Source: a virus (lineage: Duplodnaviria > Caudoviricetes). Taken from it: a stretch of 41,891 bases of DNA. Below, one piece after another: positions 1 through 10,041 of this stretch. The stretch is from IMG/VR virus record IMGVR_UViG_3300048850_000152, positions 1 through 41,891 of that record; one strand, given 5' to 3'. Both the position numbers and the translations under genes were made by a program. The notes under the pieces were generated by a model. It was not told where the DNA came from, searched no databases, and saw only the letters and a list, made by a program, of their open reading frames with translations. Every line of letters starts with the position of its first letter. Position 1 is the stretch's first letter.

Positions 1-759
1 TTGTCCGATACCCACACCACCAACGCGCGCACGATCGCGCGCAGCACTCGCAACCTTGTGCGGAGCGTTTCTGCCAAGTTCTCCGGAAAAGAGCGCGCGG
101 CCGATCGTCCGATCCACCGCAACAGCTATGACGTGAATGATCGGCGGGCGCAGGTAGCGAAGCGATGCGCCGATGGTACCCAGGCCGGCACTCTTGCCTT
201 TGTAGATTCGCTGCTGCGCACAGCCCGTGAGTTCGACTTGGAGGAGCGCAACGTCGGCAATCCGCGGCCGCTGCGCCTGTCCGGTATCCGCGTGCTCGAG
301 GAAGTGCTCCGCAACCACTGGCACGACTTCAAAACTGGCGAGATCGACCCCGCCCTCTCGCAGCTGGAACGCGCAACCGGCTTTGTGCGGCAGACGATCG
401 TTGAGGCCCTGAAGCGCCTGCGCAAGCATGGCTTCCTGGACTGGGTGCGGCGAACTGAGATCCGTCTTGAAGATCAGGGCCCCCGGCGCAAGCAAATCAA
501 CAACGCGTACTTTGTCGATCTCGCGCGCCTGCCCAGCCGCGTCCTGGCGCGCTTCAACCAGCTGTACCGCAACCAGAGGGCCCGCCAGATGATCCGCAAG
601 CCAGCGCCGGCCTCGCCCGCCCCTTCCCCGAGCACGTCCGAAGCAGCGCCCCAGGCGGCTCCTACGCCCGTCCAGCTGGCGCTTGCCTCCTTGGGCCGCG
701 CCGTCTTTGAGGCCAGCCCGAGTATGAAAAATAGCCTGTCTCCCTCGAAAGGGAATTAA
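1..759 (+). CDS. HTH-domain protein, putative replication initiator (plasmid Rep-like)
   Basis: Winged-HTH-like segment (IDPALSQLERATGFVRQTIVEALKRLRKHGFLDWVRR...QINNAY). Lies on the cos side where P2 carries gene A. Start codon uncertain (TTG at the window edge). Confidence 0.55.
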   Translation: MSDTHTTNARTIARSTRNLVRSVSAKFSGKERAADRPIHRNSYDVNDRRAQVAKRCADGTQAGTLAFVDSLLRTAREFDLEERNVGNPRPLRLSGIRVLEEVLRNHWHDFKTGEIDPALSQLERATGFVRQTIVEALKRLRKHGFLDWVRRTEIRLEDQGPRRKQINNAYFVDLARLPSRVLARFNQLYRNQRARQMIRKPAPASPAPSPSTSEAAPQAAPTPVQLALASLGRAVFEASPSMKNSLSPSKGN

Positions 760-1347
760 GCTTGAAAGGAACGCCTTCGGCGTGCGCAGCTTGATAGCCC
801 CCTAAAGCCGAAATGAACCAATCACCCGACCGGACTGCCAAGGCCCGGCTGTCGGAGCGCGGCGGCTTGCGCCGCCACGGGCTGCCGGCGGGCAGCGAGC
901 ACGATCCGTGCCGAGAAACCGCGAGCGACGTACACGCGATATCGTCGCATCGGCGGAGCGGACCACCCGCCGCCGCGACCTTACACGTCCGAGCCTTTCC
1001 TACAGATGACGGCTGTGCTTCAAGCTGGCGAATGGACAAGTTTACGCCCTCCGACGATCTCATGGGTGCGACCTAAGCGGGGCGAACAATCGCGTCGTCT
1101 GATCGACCTGCGACTCGCGGCGGCTATTCAGGCTCCGGCTAAGCGGAAGCGGCCACCGTCGCCCTGAGGCCGGTGGTCGATGGACTTTTCCACCGCCCTG
1201 ACGAGAGTTCCCACAGTTCTGAGGCGAGCCTGTGCAGTAAATCCTACTGCCGGGGCACACAGCTCGCGCGTGCCGCATATGCGATGGAAGTGATCCACCT
1301 CACTTTTTTAACCACTTTGGCAAAATAGGATTTGCAATGTTGGATTT

Positions 1348-1362
1348 GTTCCTATTCTGTTC
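1348..1362 (+). promoter_or_regulatory. Alphaproteobacterial LexA-type box (GTTC-N7-GTTC) overlapping a putative -10
   Basis: GTTC CTATTCT GTTC; overlaps the putative promoter TTTGCA-N16-TATTCT. Confidence 0.55.
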
Positions 1363-1438
1363 TCCATAGCGGAACGATGATGTTCCGCTTCTGGCGACGC
1401 GGTGCACTATGTGCGCAGCGTCTGTGGGAGTACACTTC

Positions 1439-2815
1439 ATGTCGTATGTGAATGTTCGTGACTTCGGGGCCAAGGGTGACAACGTCAGTGATGACACGGC
1501 TGCCATCCAGAGCGCGATTGACTCTGTTGCGTCCTCGGGCGGTGGCACTGTTTATGTTCCAGCCGGAACCTACAAGCTGTCTTATCGGCTGAGGTCGGGA
1601 GTAACTGGTCTGTATTGCCTGTTGATGCGGTCGCACATCAAGCTTGTTGGTGACGGCTTCGGCACGATTTTGCGGGTGCGGGATAATGATCCCTTCCCCG
1701 GCCCGGGCTCTATTGCGCGAGTGATTGGCGCAGGGGAAAACCTGGACGATGTTACGCTCGAGGCATTCTCCGTGGATGGTAATCGAGCCAACATTCCCGG
1801 TTTCTCTTCGGGCAACAATCCTCTCCCGGCGAACGGCGGAAACATCTTGTTTGGCTTCTTCGACGGCCTGACATGCAGCCGCATCCGCGTTCAGGCAGTC
1901 GCATCGTACAATGCGTTCGGACAGGGTATCCAGCTCGTGGGGCAGCCGAGTAATCTTGCCCATGATCTCTGGATCGAAGACTGCATCGTTCACCACAACG
2001 CCTATATCGGCATCCAGTCGAGCCAGGCCGTTGACCTGATGATTTCCGGGAACTCCGTGTATTCGAACGGTGACAACGGCATCGACGTTTACGGCGACAG
2101 CAACTCTGGTGGAGCTCAGGCGGCGACCACGGCGCGGGTGACGATCCGGGGCAACCATTGCCGCGACAATCCCGGCGTCGGCATCTTCCCCGAGACGATT
2201 ACCTATACCCTGGTGTCGGACAACGTGATCGAAGGCTCCCGGGAAGGCGTCCACATCAACCAGATCCACGGGACGCCGCGCGGTATCGTCGTTTGTGACA
2301 ACATCATCCGCAACTGTGCCGCAGGTATCGGTGCAAGCGGCGCGATGGAAGTCGGGCTCTTCGACAATCTCATTGATGGGTTCACCACGGCCGGGTTCCT
2401 GTTCGGCACAAGCGGAGGTGAGGCGTCGTACATCAAGTACGACCGGAACACTCTGAAGCCGGCGAACAACACCGTTCCGCTCGTCCTGGTGCCATCGGGG
2501 GTGTTCGCGCACAACTTCGTCGACCCTGGCAACTCGAATCTGTTGATCGAGGCGGATACCAACCGCCCCACCCCGGCATCCCTCTTCCGAGTCAGCAACG
2601 GCGCGATGCTGGTCGGGAGCCCCTATCCCGTCTTCCGGAGCGCCACCAACAACGCCACCCCGGGGTTCCGTGCGCGTAATCCGCAACTCGAGGGGCTCGT
2701 CCGCGTTCCGGACGGCCTACCGACGTATGCCGACAACGGGAGCGCCGTTGCCGCTCTCGGCAGCCGGGCACTGTACGTCCGCGCTGCCGGCGGACCGGTG
2801 TACGTGACCAACTAA
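1439..2815 (+). CDS. Right-handed beta-helix protein (Pectate_lyase_3-like N-terminus), depolymerase/tailspike-like
   Basis: N-terminal VNVRDFGAKGDNVSDDTAAIQSAID...GGTVYVPAGTY motif followed by PbH1-like repeats; GGGAG RBS before ATG 1439. Confidence 0.85.
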   Translation: MSYVNVRDFGAKGDNVSDDTAAIQSAIDSVASSGGGTVYVPAGTYKLSYRLRSGVTGLYCLLMRSHIKLVGDGFGTILRVRDNDPFPGPGSIARVIGAGENLDDVTLEAFSVDGNRANIPGFSSGNNPLPANGGNILFGFFDGLTCSRIRVQAVASYNAFGQGIQLVGQPSNLAHDLWIEDCIVHHNAYIGIQSSQAVDLMISGNSVYSNGDNGIDVYGDSNSGGAQAATTARVTIRGNHCRDNPGVGIFPETITYTLVSDNVIEGSREGVHINQIHGTPRGIVVCDNIIRNCAAGIGASGAMEVGLFDNLIDGFTTAGFLFGTSGGEASYIKYDRNTLKPANNTVPLVLVPSGVFAHNFVDPGNSNLLIEADTNRPTPASLFRVSNGAMLVGSPYPVFRSATNNATPGFRARNPQLEGLVRVPDGLPTYADNGSAVAALGSRALYVRAAGGPVYVTN

Positions 2816-2853
2816 CGTCGGCCATGGCCTGTCAGTAGGCGCTACATGGAACT

Positions 2854-2888
2854 GGCCCCGGTCTCTCATGAGATCGGGGTCTTTTTTT
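2854..2888 (+). terminator. Rho-independent terminator
   Basis: GGCCCCGGTCTC-TCAT-GAGATCGGGGTC followed by T7. Confidence 0.85.
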
Positions 2889-3041
2889 GGGCATCCTGCG
2901 CATCCTAGCAACGGCCGTGCCACGCCTTCGCACGTAGCCCTTGCCGAAGGCGCATCGCGGCATCAAAGTGAAACACCTGACGGGCGCGAAATTGCGGGCA
3001 TCCGCGGCAGTTTCCCTAAGGGCGCTCCCCTCTCCGGATCT

Positions 3042-3089
3042 TGCATCAAAAGCGCCACGCAAAGTTCGCGGGCGAGGCGGGGTGTAAAG
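3042..3089 (+). other. P2/P4-like cos packaging site
   Basis: TGCATCAAAAGCGCCACGCAAAGTTCGCGGGCGAGGCGGGG; 3071-3082 equals the first 12 nt of the P2 cohesive end GGCGAGGCGGGGAAAGCAC. The upstream context also resembles P2/P4 cos (from recall). Confidence 0.7.
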
Positions 3090-3304
3090 CGTGTTCTTGG
3101 GGCGCGCGCAGACCGGCTCGGCACCCCGCGGCCCACTCAACCGTGGGATCCGCTCGCCCATCGGCGTGGCCACCACTCGGAAAGCTGCGCCGGACGCCGG
3201 CCGTTCTCGTTTTCGCAAATGATAACCTATTGGAAAGACAAAACCGTCCACGCATCCATGACCGGCCGGATATACCGGGCGGCCGTCGTGATGGCACAGC
3301 TTCA

Positions 3305-5098
3305 ATGCAACCTTTTCTACAACTGCAGAACACCATTCTGGAGATGATTGCGAGGGGGGAAGCCCTCGAGCGAGCCGCCACACGCCTGTGCATCGAGGCT
3401 GAAAAGCTAGTACCCGGCGTGATTTGCTCGATCCTGACAGTAGATCCGGCGGGTTTGCTCCATCCGCTCGCCGGGCCCAGCCTCCCTGACGGATATTCAG
3501 CTGCACTCGAAGGCGTGGCAATCGGGCCAAAAGTCGGTTCGTGCGGCACCGCCGCCTACCTTCGCACACCCATAACAGTGGTGGATATCGAAGCCGACGA
3601 GCTCTGGGCGGAATTTAAGCACCTCGCGCTTCCAATCGGCCTCCGTGCTTGCTGGTCCAGTCCCATACTCGACTCTGAAGGTGCTCCAATCGGCACCTTT
3701 GCATTCTATTTCCGCGAATGCCGCGGCCCAACCGAGGCCGAACAGCGGATCGTCCAAGTATTCATCCCCCTCGCCGTCATCGCGATCGAACGCCACCAGC
3801 GCGTCGCTGAACGAGAGCGGCAGGCGTATACCGATGCGCTCACTGGCTTGCCGAACCGCGCGTCCTTCGAAACAGTTCTTGCCGCATTGCCCTGCGAGGT
3901 ACCCGAAACGTGGGCACTCCTCGCCGTGGATCTCGACAACCTAAAGGTCGTCAACGACACCTTTGGACATCATACCGGCGATTGTCTGCTGAGGGTTGCG
4001 AGTGCTCGCATTTGGCAGGCCAGTTTTCCTCACCGGAGCTTTAGGATCGGAGGAGATGAGTTTGCGGTAATTGTGCAATCCGCAGACGCGCTCCAAGACC
4101 TCGGCGAATTGGCAGAGCGTATCTTGAGCGCGCTCATGAGGCCGACTGATTGTGGAGGCCATGTCGTGGTCCCACGAGCCACGATCGGCGGCGCACTTTT
4201 TTCGAAGGAGGATCGCACGGCTGACCGTGTCCGACAGAACGCCGACTTCGCCCTATACCACGCGAAGGAAAGCGGCCGCGGCGGCTTTGTTCAATACTGG
4301 CCTGGGATCGGCACCAGCATCACACGTCGGCTAGAAGCGATCCAGTCCGTTGACACCGCGCTTCGGGAGAACAGGATCGAAGCACACTATCAGCCGATTG
4401 TTCTGCTTGGCACCCGTGAGGTGGTAGGGCTGGAGGCTCTATGCCGGTTGAGGCTGGGGGAGCGAATTATCACAGCGGCGTCATTTCACGAGGCCACCAC
4501 CGATGTTCATGTTGCGACGGCGCTGACCGCACGCATGATGTCTCTTGTCGCGAGCGACGTCCGTGCTTGGCTCGACCTTGGAATTCCGTTCGGGCACGTC
4601 GGCATCAACGTATCGTCTGCGGACATGCATGGGGCAGTGGATCAGGTCCTTGAAACGGCGTTCGGCGCCGAGGGCGTTCCCCTGAGCCACGTGATCCTCG
4701 AAGTGACCGAGTCCGTGTACATGGGGCGGGACAACCGGATAGTGCAGAGTGCTGTCGAGGCATTGCGGGCTAAAGGTCTCCGCGTCGCGCTTGACGATTT
4801 TGGAACCGGCTTCGCCTCGCTCACACACCTATTGAGCGTCCCTGTCGACATAATCAAAATCGACAAAAGCTTCGTTGACCGTTTAGCGCCTGGCGACGCC
4901 AGCGAGGCGATCATCGAGGGGCTAATCCGCATCGCCGGCAAGCTGGACATCCGCGTCATAGCCGAAGGCGTGGAAACTGAGGCTCAGGCCCGACACCTCG
5001 AGTCTCTGGGCTGCATGCTTGGCCAAGGCTATCTGTTTTCTCGTGCAGTGGACCGGCAGGGGGCTACGGCATTGCTGACGGGCACTGCCGACAGGTAA
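3305..5098 (+). CDS. GAF-GGDEF-EAL diguanylate cyclase/phosphodiesterase
   Basis: GAF (GSCGTAAY...CWSSPI), DALTGLPNR, intact GGDEF, EAL, DDFGTG and EGVE motifs. Start set at MQPF because the upstream frame runs through cos. Confidence 0.92.
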   Translation: MQPFLQLQNTILEMIARGEALERAATRLCIEAEKLVPGVICSILTVDPAGLLHPLAGPSLPDGYSAALEGVAIGPKVGSCGTAAYLRTPITVVDIEADELWAEFKHLALPIGLRACWSSPILDSEGAPIGTFAFYFRECRGPTEAEQRIVQVFIPLAVIAIERHQRVAERERQAYTDALTGLPNRASFETVLAALPCEVPETWALLAVDLDNLKVVNDTFGHHTGDCLLRVASARIWQASFPHRSFRIGGDEFAVIVQSADALQDLGELAERILSALMRPTDCGGHVVVPRATIGGALFSKEDRTADRVRQNADFALYHAKESGRGGFVQYWPGIGTSITRRLEAIQSVDTALRENRIEAHYQPIVLLGTREVVGLEALCRLRLGERIITAASFHEATTDVHVATALTARMMSLVASDVRAWLDLGIPFGHVGINVSSADMHGAVDQVLETAFGAEGVPLSHVILEVTESVYMGRDNRIVQSAVEALRAKGLRVALDDFGTGFASLTHLLSVPVDIIKIDKSFVDRLAPGDASEAIIEGLIRIAGKLDIRVIAEGVETEAQARHLESLGCMLGQGYLFSRAVDRQGATALLTGTADR

Positions 5099-5600
5099 AT
5101 AGTGCGAAAAGCGGAATCGAAGGCGCTCACGGCGGTAGTACGCTCGCGCAAACGTCACGACGGCGCTGGGGCTCCAATCGCCACCTCGCGGAGCGACAGG
5201 GGTACAGCGCAGCAGCGATCGCTCCCGATCCGTACACGGGCAGGCTCACGGAAGCGTGGCTGCAAGCAATTTCCGCTTCCGAGCGTGGGGCTGGCACAAT
5301 AGCATTGCCCCCCCATATACACGCTTATCGCACCGCCCCTCTTGAGCTTGGCTGCGACTGAGAGTTCTTCATGCTCCCGCTCTGAGGCGGAGCTTGCTCG
5401 TGCCAACCATCCCCCACGTCCGTTTCGTTCGGCTCGTGCGAAGCAGTGTCGCCGCTGACAAGCAGACTGCAGAGACGGAGAAAGCGGCGCATGCACACTT
5501 CGGACGGCGCCCGGCCTCAGGGTCTCGCCCAATCCTTTCGCTTTTCGGCACCGACCACCTCTTCGTGGGCCCGTCTGGGCCAAGTTTTAAGGATTAAAAT

Positions 5601-5729
5601 ATGGCCAAAGAACAACAGCGCGGTAATCGCGAGGCGCGCAAACCGAAGAAGGCGGGGCCTCCAAAGCAGAACGCTTCCAATCCCTCGCTAAAGGGCACGC
5701 CACCTGCGCAGCCAGCTAAAAAGGGCTGA
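5601..5729 (+). CDS. Small basic protein (42 aa, MAKEQQRGNREARKPKK...)
   Basis: AAGGA RBS; hand-translated, below the ORF-track cutoff; resembles small Lys-rich alphaproteobacterial peptides. Confidence 0.6.
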   Translation: MAKEQQRGNREARKPKKAGPPKQNASNPSLKGTPPAQPAKKG

Positions 5730-6130
5730 CCGCCTTCCTCGTCTCCGTCGAAGGCGCTGCCATGCAGCCCTCGTCGGCCTTCTGTCGCGCTCAGGGCGCA
5801 CACCATCGGGCACTCTCGCGCGCGCCACGCTCGACAATGTTAGATTGATAGCGGACGCGGCAGCGGCGGCCTCGGCGGGGGAGGCCCTTGCCGCGGGACT
5901 GCGTGAAGATCGCAAGCTGCGCACCCGAAATTCTGGGGAATCGCACCGGGAACCAAGTGGGCCGCCGTCGGCAGATTTCCTGAGCTTCAGTGAGAACCCA
6001 GATCGTGGGCACGCCACTGTGTCTCGATGCGCTCGTAGCGTGGAAAATGCGGCGGGCTGCTGAGCGCCGCAGACCGTTCATGGAAGAAAGCGGGCGTTAG
6101 TTGCCGGTGCCGACACCCGGCCGAAATTAG

Positions 6131-7189
6131 TCAGGCGGCCGCGGCGTTCATGCGCTTCCGGAACGTCACAAGGGCGCGACCCAGCCAGGCGTTCACCTCG
6201 GTGAAGGCGACCTGCAGCGGCTCGATCTCAAGGTCGAAGAACATGTCCGCCGCCTGAAGCGGATTGCCGAACCCGCTCGATCCTTGCGCCGGCACGATCC
6301 CCAGCACCTGCGGCGGCGTGCGGTGTGCGGCGAGCATGTCCTGGGCGGTCACGTTCTTGATGCCCAGGAACTCGTCTTTCGCGCCTACCTCGGCGATCGG
6401 CAGGATCTTGATGCTGCCTTCCTTGCCGTTGGGCGCATGCACGAACAGGTTCCGGAAATTGCCCGGCCCTTTCGACTGCTTGAGCGCGGTCTTCAGCGCA
6501 TCGGTGTCCTTGGTGTCGATCTCGCCGGTCGCGTACAGGATGAAGCCGGCGTGCGAGCCGTTGAGGTAGTAGCGGCGCCGGAACAGCGTCGCCGCCTCAT
6601 TGAGCAGCGCCGACTGCAGCGCGCTCAAATATTCCGGCACGCCGTACAGCTCCTGGTTGATGTCGGGCTGCTGGATCTGGAGCACCTCGCCCGGCGCCCA
6701 CGGCTCCGCCTCGCGCGCGTTCGGCACCCACCAGAACACGCCTGGCTCGACACCGCGACGCACGTATTTCGCGGGCACGTGCTCGAGCCGGATCACGCCG
6801 CCCAGGCGGTTCGTCCGCCTCAGGAAATAGGCGTTACCGAAAATCAGGAAGTCTAGCGCCGCGGCGGTGAAGTCCTTGGAGGACAGCAGCACCGATGGCT
6901 CGAAATACTTGACCAGCAGGTTGCGCTTGAGCTGGATCGCCGAGCTGTGGTGCGGGCTCGCGCGATAGGCGCGGGCGAGGCCGTCGAGCGGCACCGGCGG
7001 CTCGTACCAGCGGCCGTTGTCGAACGTCTCGAGCATGTCCAGGATCGTGCGGCGATCGAGCACCGGTTCCGGATCGCCGAAGCTGAAGGCGTCGATCGCG
7101 GGGCCGTTGTCGTTCGCGACGAGCGCGCCCGGCGCCGCGTGTGCCGTCTCCGCGCGCGCCATCGCCCGCACCTTGGTTCGCTTCGACAT
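6131..7189 (-). CDS. gpQ: Phage portal protein, P2 gpQ/PBSX family
   Basis: FSFGDPEPVLD, WYEPPV, HHSSAI, YGVPEYLSALQSALLNEAATLFRRRYYLNGSHAGFI. Confidence 0.96.
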   Translation of the reverse strand: MSKRTKVRAMARAETAHAAPGALVANDNGPAIDAFSFGDPEPVLDRRTILDMLETFDNGRWYEPPVPLDGLARAYRASPHHSSAIQLKRNLLVKYFEPSVLLSSKDFTAAALDFLIFGNAYFLRRTNRLGGVIRLEHVPAKYVRRGVEPGVFWWVPNAREAEPWAPGEVLQIQQPDINQELYGVPEYLSALQSALLNEAATLFRRRYYLNGSHAGFILYATGEIDTKDTDALKTALKQSKGPGNFRNLFVHAPNGKEGSIKILPIAEVGAKDEFLGIKNVTAQDMLAAHRTPPQVLGIVPAQGSSGFGNPLQAADMFFDLEIEPLQVAFTEVNAWLGRALVTFRKRMNAAAA

Positions 7190-8985
7190 CAAAAGATCTC
7201 CATCGAGCCCTTGGGCTTCTCTTTGCCGTCCAGCGGCTCGTTCATGAGGACGTGCATGGCCGCCCAGGCGATGTCGGCATGGCCGTCCTCGCCGCCGCGG
7301 CCCGCCTTAAAGGTGACGTTGCGCCCGCTGGTGGTCGCGGTTTTCTTGATCGAGATGAACGACGACACGATGTCGAGGTGCGAGCTGTCGAACGCCAGGC
7401 GCCCACGGCGCACGACGTTCTGCGCCTTCATCACCATGCCCGCCTTTACCTCGAGCGAATATTCGATCTTGGTGACGCCCTTGATCCCGCTCTCGGGCTT
7501 AGCGAGCAGCTGGTAGACGCCGGCGCCGACGCCGGTCGCATCGATGCCCAGGTACGTGCAATTGTACCGGGACAGCATGCCCTTGATGAACTCGGCCTGC
7601 TGCTCGAAGTCGAGCCCGCGCAGCTGGTGGCGCTCGAGGATCCGGAACGGCCCGCCCGGGAACGCCGGCGGTGCCGCGATCACCAGGGCGGCATTGTCGC
7701 CGGTCTCGCTGTTCTGCGGATCATATCCCGCCCAGACCGGCCGGTTGTCATAGGGCCGCGCCGCCTCGGGATCGAAGTCCTCCCATTCGACCAGGCTGTC
7801 GCAGCCGAGCTTGACCAAGTCGTTGAACTTGAAGGCGGACAGGCTGTCGTCGACGAACACGCACCCGAACAGGTTGGCGAACTCGTCCTCAGCGTATTCG
7901 TCGCGCAGCTCGTCCAGGTCGACCAGGTCGAAGCCGCCGTCGATCGCGTCCTGCACGGTCACGATCTGGCGCCAGACCTTGTCCTCGCACAGCCGTCCGT
8001 CCTTCAGTGCCGCGTGACCGACGTCGATCTCGACCCGGTCCTCTTTCTTGCGCCGGCGGTTGCGTCTCTCGCCCGTCCAGTACGGATATGCCGGATGCGC
8101 CACGGTCGAAGGCGTCGAGAAGTACGTCTTCCGCCAGCGCTTGTGCGTCGCCATGCCAGAGGCGACCTTGTTCAGCTCCTCGAAGCCGTGGACCCAGAAG
8201 AACTCGTCGAAATAGAAGTTGCCCGAGCGCCCCTGCGCGGTGCGGAAGTTGGTGCCTAGGAAGTGCAGCTCGGCCGCCGCCTCGCCCTCCGGCCGCAGTT
8301 CGCTCGTGATGAGCATCGGGTCGCCCTTCAGGTCGACGCCGGCCTGCTTGGCAAACGCGATGATGTAGTTGCGAAACTGGTGCGCCTGCGCCTTAGAGGC
8401 TGACAGGAAGATCTGGTTCCGCCCGCTCTCGACCGCGTCCATCAGCGCTTCGAACGCGAAGTAGTAGGTCGCGCCGATCTGGCGCGACTTGAGGATCATG
8501 CGCGTGCGCCGCGACAGGTTCTCCCACCACGTTTCCTGATAGCCGAACAGCTGATCGAGGAAGATCTCGCGCAGCTTTTCCGCCTGCTCGGCGGTGAAGT
8601 GGTTGGGCTTCTTCTTGGGCTTGCGCTCGCCGGCGTTGCGGTTGGCAACCTTGTCGTTGAGGTCGCCCTCGTGCCCGCCTGGCGCCTCGTACCGGCGCAC
8701 TTTCGCCAGCGCCGCGACCTGCCGCCCGAGCAGGTCGATCTCCTTGTAATCCTCGCCTGTCTTCTTGACCTTGGCGACCAGCGCCATCCACCGCGTCTCG
8801 AGGCAATCCTCGAGCTTCGCGATTGACGGCGCCGCGTCCCATCCGCCGCGCCGGCGCCAGCTCTCCACCGTGGGGCGGGGCTGGCCCAGCTCCTCGGCTA
8901 TCTGGGTCACGCCCCACCCGCGCCAGTAGAGGCTGCGCGCCTGGCGCTCGGGCGGAACGAAGGAAGGGTCGGATAGGATCGACAT
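7189..8985 (-). CDS. gpP: Terminase ATPase subunit, P2 gpP
   Basis: ARSLYWRGW, ILKSRQIGATYYFA, FYFDEFFW, GHADIAWA; TGATG overlap with the portal gene. Confidence 0.96.
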   Translation of the reverse strand: MSILSDPSFVPPERQARSLYWRGWGVTQIAEELGQPRPTVESWRRRGGWDAAPSIAKLEDCLETRWMALVAKVKKTGEDYKEIDLLGRQVAALAKVRRYEAPGGHEGDLNDKVANRNAGERKPKKKPNHFTAEQAEKLREIFLDQLFGYQETWWENLSRRTRMILKSRQIGATYYFAFEALMDAVESGRNQIFLSASKAQAHQFRNYIIAFAKQAGVDLKGDPMLITSELRPEGEAAAELHFLGTNFRTAQGRSGNFYFDEFFWVHGFEELNKVASGMATHKRWRKTYFSTPSTVAHPAYPYWTGERRNRRRKKEDRVEIDVGHAALKDGRLCEDKVWRQIVTVQDAIDGGFDLVDLDELRDEYAEDEFANLFGCVFVDDSLSAFKFNDLVKLGCDSLVEWEDFDPEAARPYDNRPVWAGYDPQNSETGDNAALVIAAPPAFPGGPFRILERHQLRGLDFEQQAEFIKGMLSRYNCTYLGIDATGVGAGVYQLLAKPESGIKGVTKIEYSLEVKAGMVMKAQNVVRRGRLAFDSSHLDIVSSFISIKKTATTSGRNVTFKAGRGGEDGHADIAWAAMHVLMNEPLDGKEKPKGSMEIF

Positions 8986-9035
8986 GGCGGGCGCGACCTT
9001 GCCGTGCACGTCGTCGCACGATCACCCGCCCGCTC

Positions 9036-9056
9036 TTGTGGAGACGCTCTCCACAA
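9036..9056. promoter_or_regulatory. Late-promoter activator box 1 (between divergent P and O)
   Basis: TTGTGGAGA-CGC-TCTCCACAA perfect inverted repeat, recurring at 18757 and 23168. Confidence 0.8.
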
Positions 9057-9158
9057 ATCCGCTCGCTTGAGAAGCGCGGCGCCTTTCGGCCTGTCTGGGG
9101 CTCAGATCGCGGGCGTCAGCCCGGTAGCACCGAACGACCCCACGAGGACCGCACCGCC

Positions 9159-9991
9159 ATGGGCACCAAGAGCAAGTTTTTCCGCGCCTTCGTCTCCGGC
9201 AACACCATCAGCGACGGCCGCAAGATCACGCCGGAGATGATCGACCAGATCGTCGAGACCTTCCACGTCGATACCTACAGGCCGCGCATCAACATCGAGC
9301 ATATCGCTGGCTACAGCCCCGAGCCGCCGTTCAACGGCTATGGCAGCGTGGTCGCGGTCAAGGCCGAAGACGTCGACATCACGATCGACGGCAAGGTCGA
9401 AAAGCGCCGCGCGCTCTATTGCCAGGTCGATGCCAACGACCAGCTGGTGAAGCTCGCCAAGGCTGAGCAGAAGCCGTTCCCCTCGGTCGAACTGACCGAC
9501 AGCTATGCCGGCTGCGGCAAGGTCGGGCTGGTCGGCCTCGCCTTCACCGACACGCCGGCAAGCGTCGGCACCCAGGCGCTGAAGTTCTCGCGCGCTGCGC
9601 CCGGCACCGTCTCGCGGCGGCCGATGAGGCGGCCGTGATCGAGTTCGAAGCGGCCCCCGCGAGCGTCACGCTTGCCGATAGCATCGTCGCCATGTTCTCG
9701 GCCGCCGCCGCCCGCATCACTGGCGGCAAGGCGGACGAAAAGCCGCCGGTCGTGGAAGAGCCGAAGCTCAAGGATGCGGCGAACGACAACTTCTCGGCCG
9801 CGATTTCTGCGCTTGGAGCGCAAGTGGCCACGACGGTAGCCGACGCGCTCAAGCCCGTCACCGACGCGCAGACGGCGATGGATGCTCGATTCACCAAGCT
9901 CGAGGAGCAGCTCGCGAGCACCGAGGTGCCCGGCACCTTCAGCCGAAAGCCCGCAACCGGCGCCGGCACCGCGATCGTCACCGACTGCTGA
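9159..9991 (+). pseudogene. gpO: Capsid scaffolding protein gpO, split by a 1-nt deletion at ~9612 (mutation or assembly error)
   Basis: SKFFRAFVSGNTISDGRKI...GLAFTDTPASVGT in one frame; C-terminus ...RKPATGAGTAIVTDC in another; adding one base at GTC TC GCG joins them. Confidence 0.85.
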
Positions 9992-10041
9992 TCCCACCGC
10001 ACCTTCGCCCCTAGCCAGCCACGCCCTCCGGAGCCGCACCC

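Noticed and set aside
760-1330. Short ORFs between the Rep-like and beta-helix genes
   Set aside because: No clear RBS or recognisable motif; cannot be supported.
3041-3304. 88-aa N-terminal extension of the GGDEF-EAL ORF
   Set aside because: Runs through the cos-like site and has no domain-like character; ATG 3305 starts the GAF domain.
5868-5886. Alternative cos-like sequence GCCTCGGCGGGGGAGGCCC near the portal end
   Set aside because: Weaker match (13/19) in GC-rich DNA and lacks the upstream context seen at 3042-3082.
1-6130. Second att copy (tRNA-Val 3' duplication)
   Set aside because: No TGGTGGGCGCGG-like duplicate found by eye, so the left boundary is probably outside the window.
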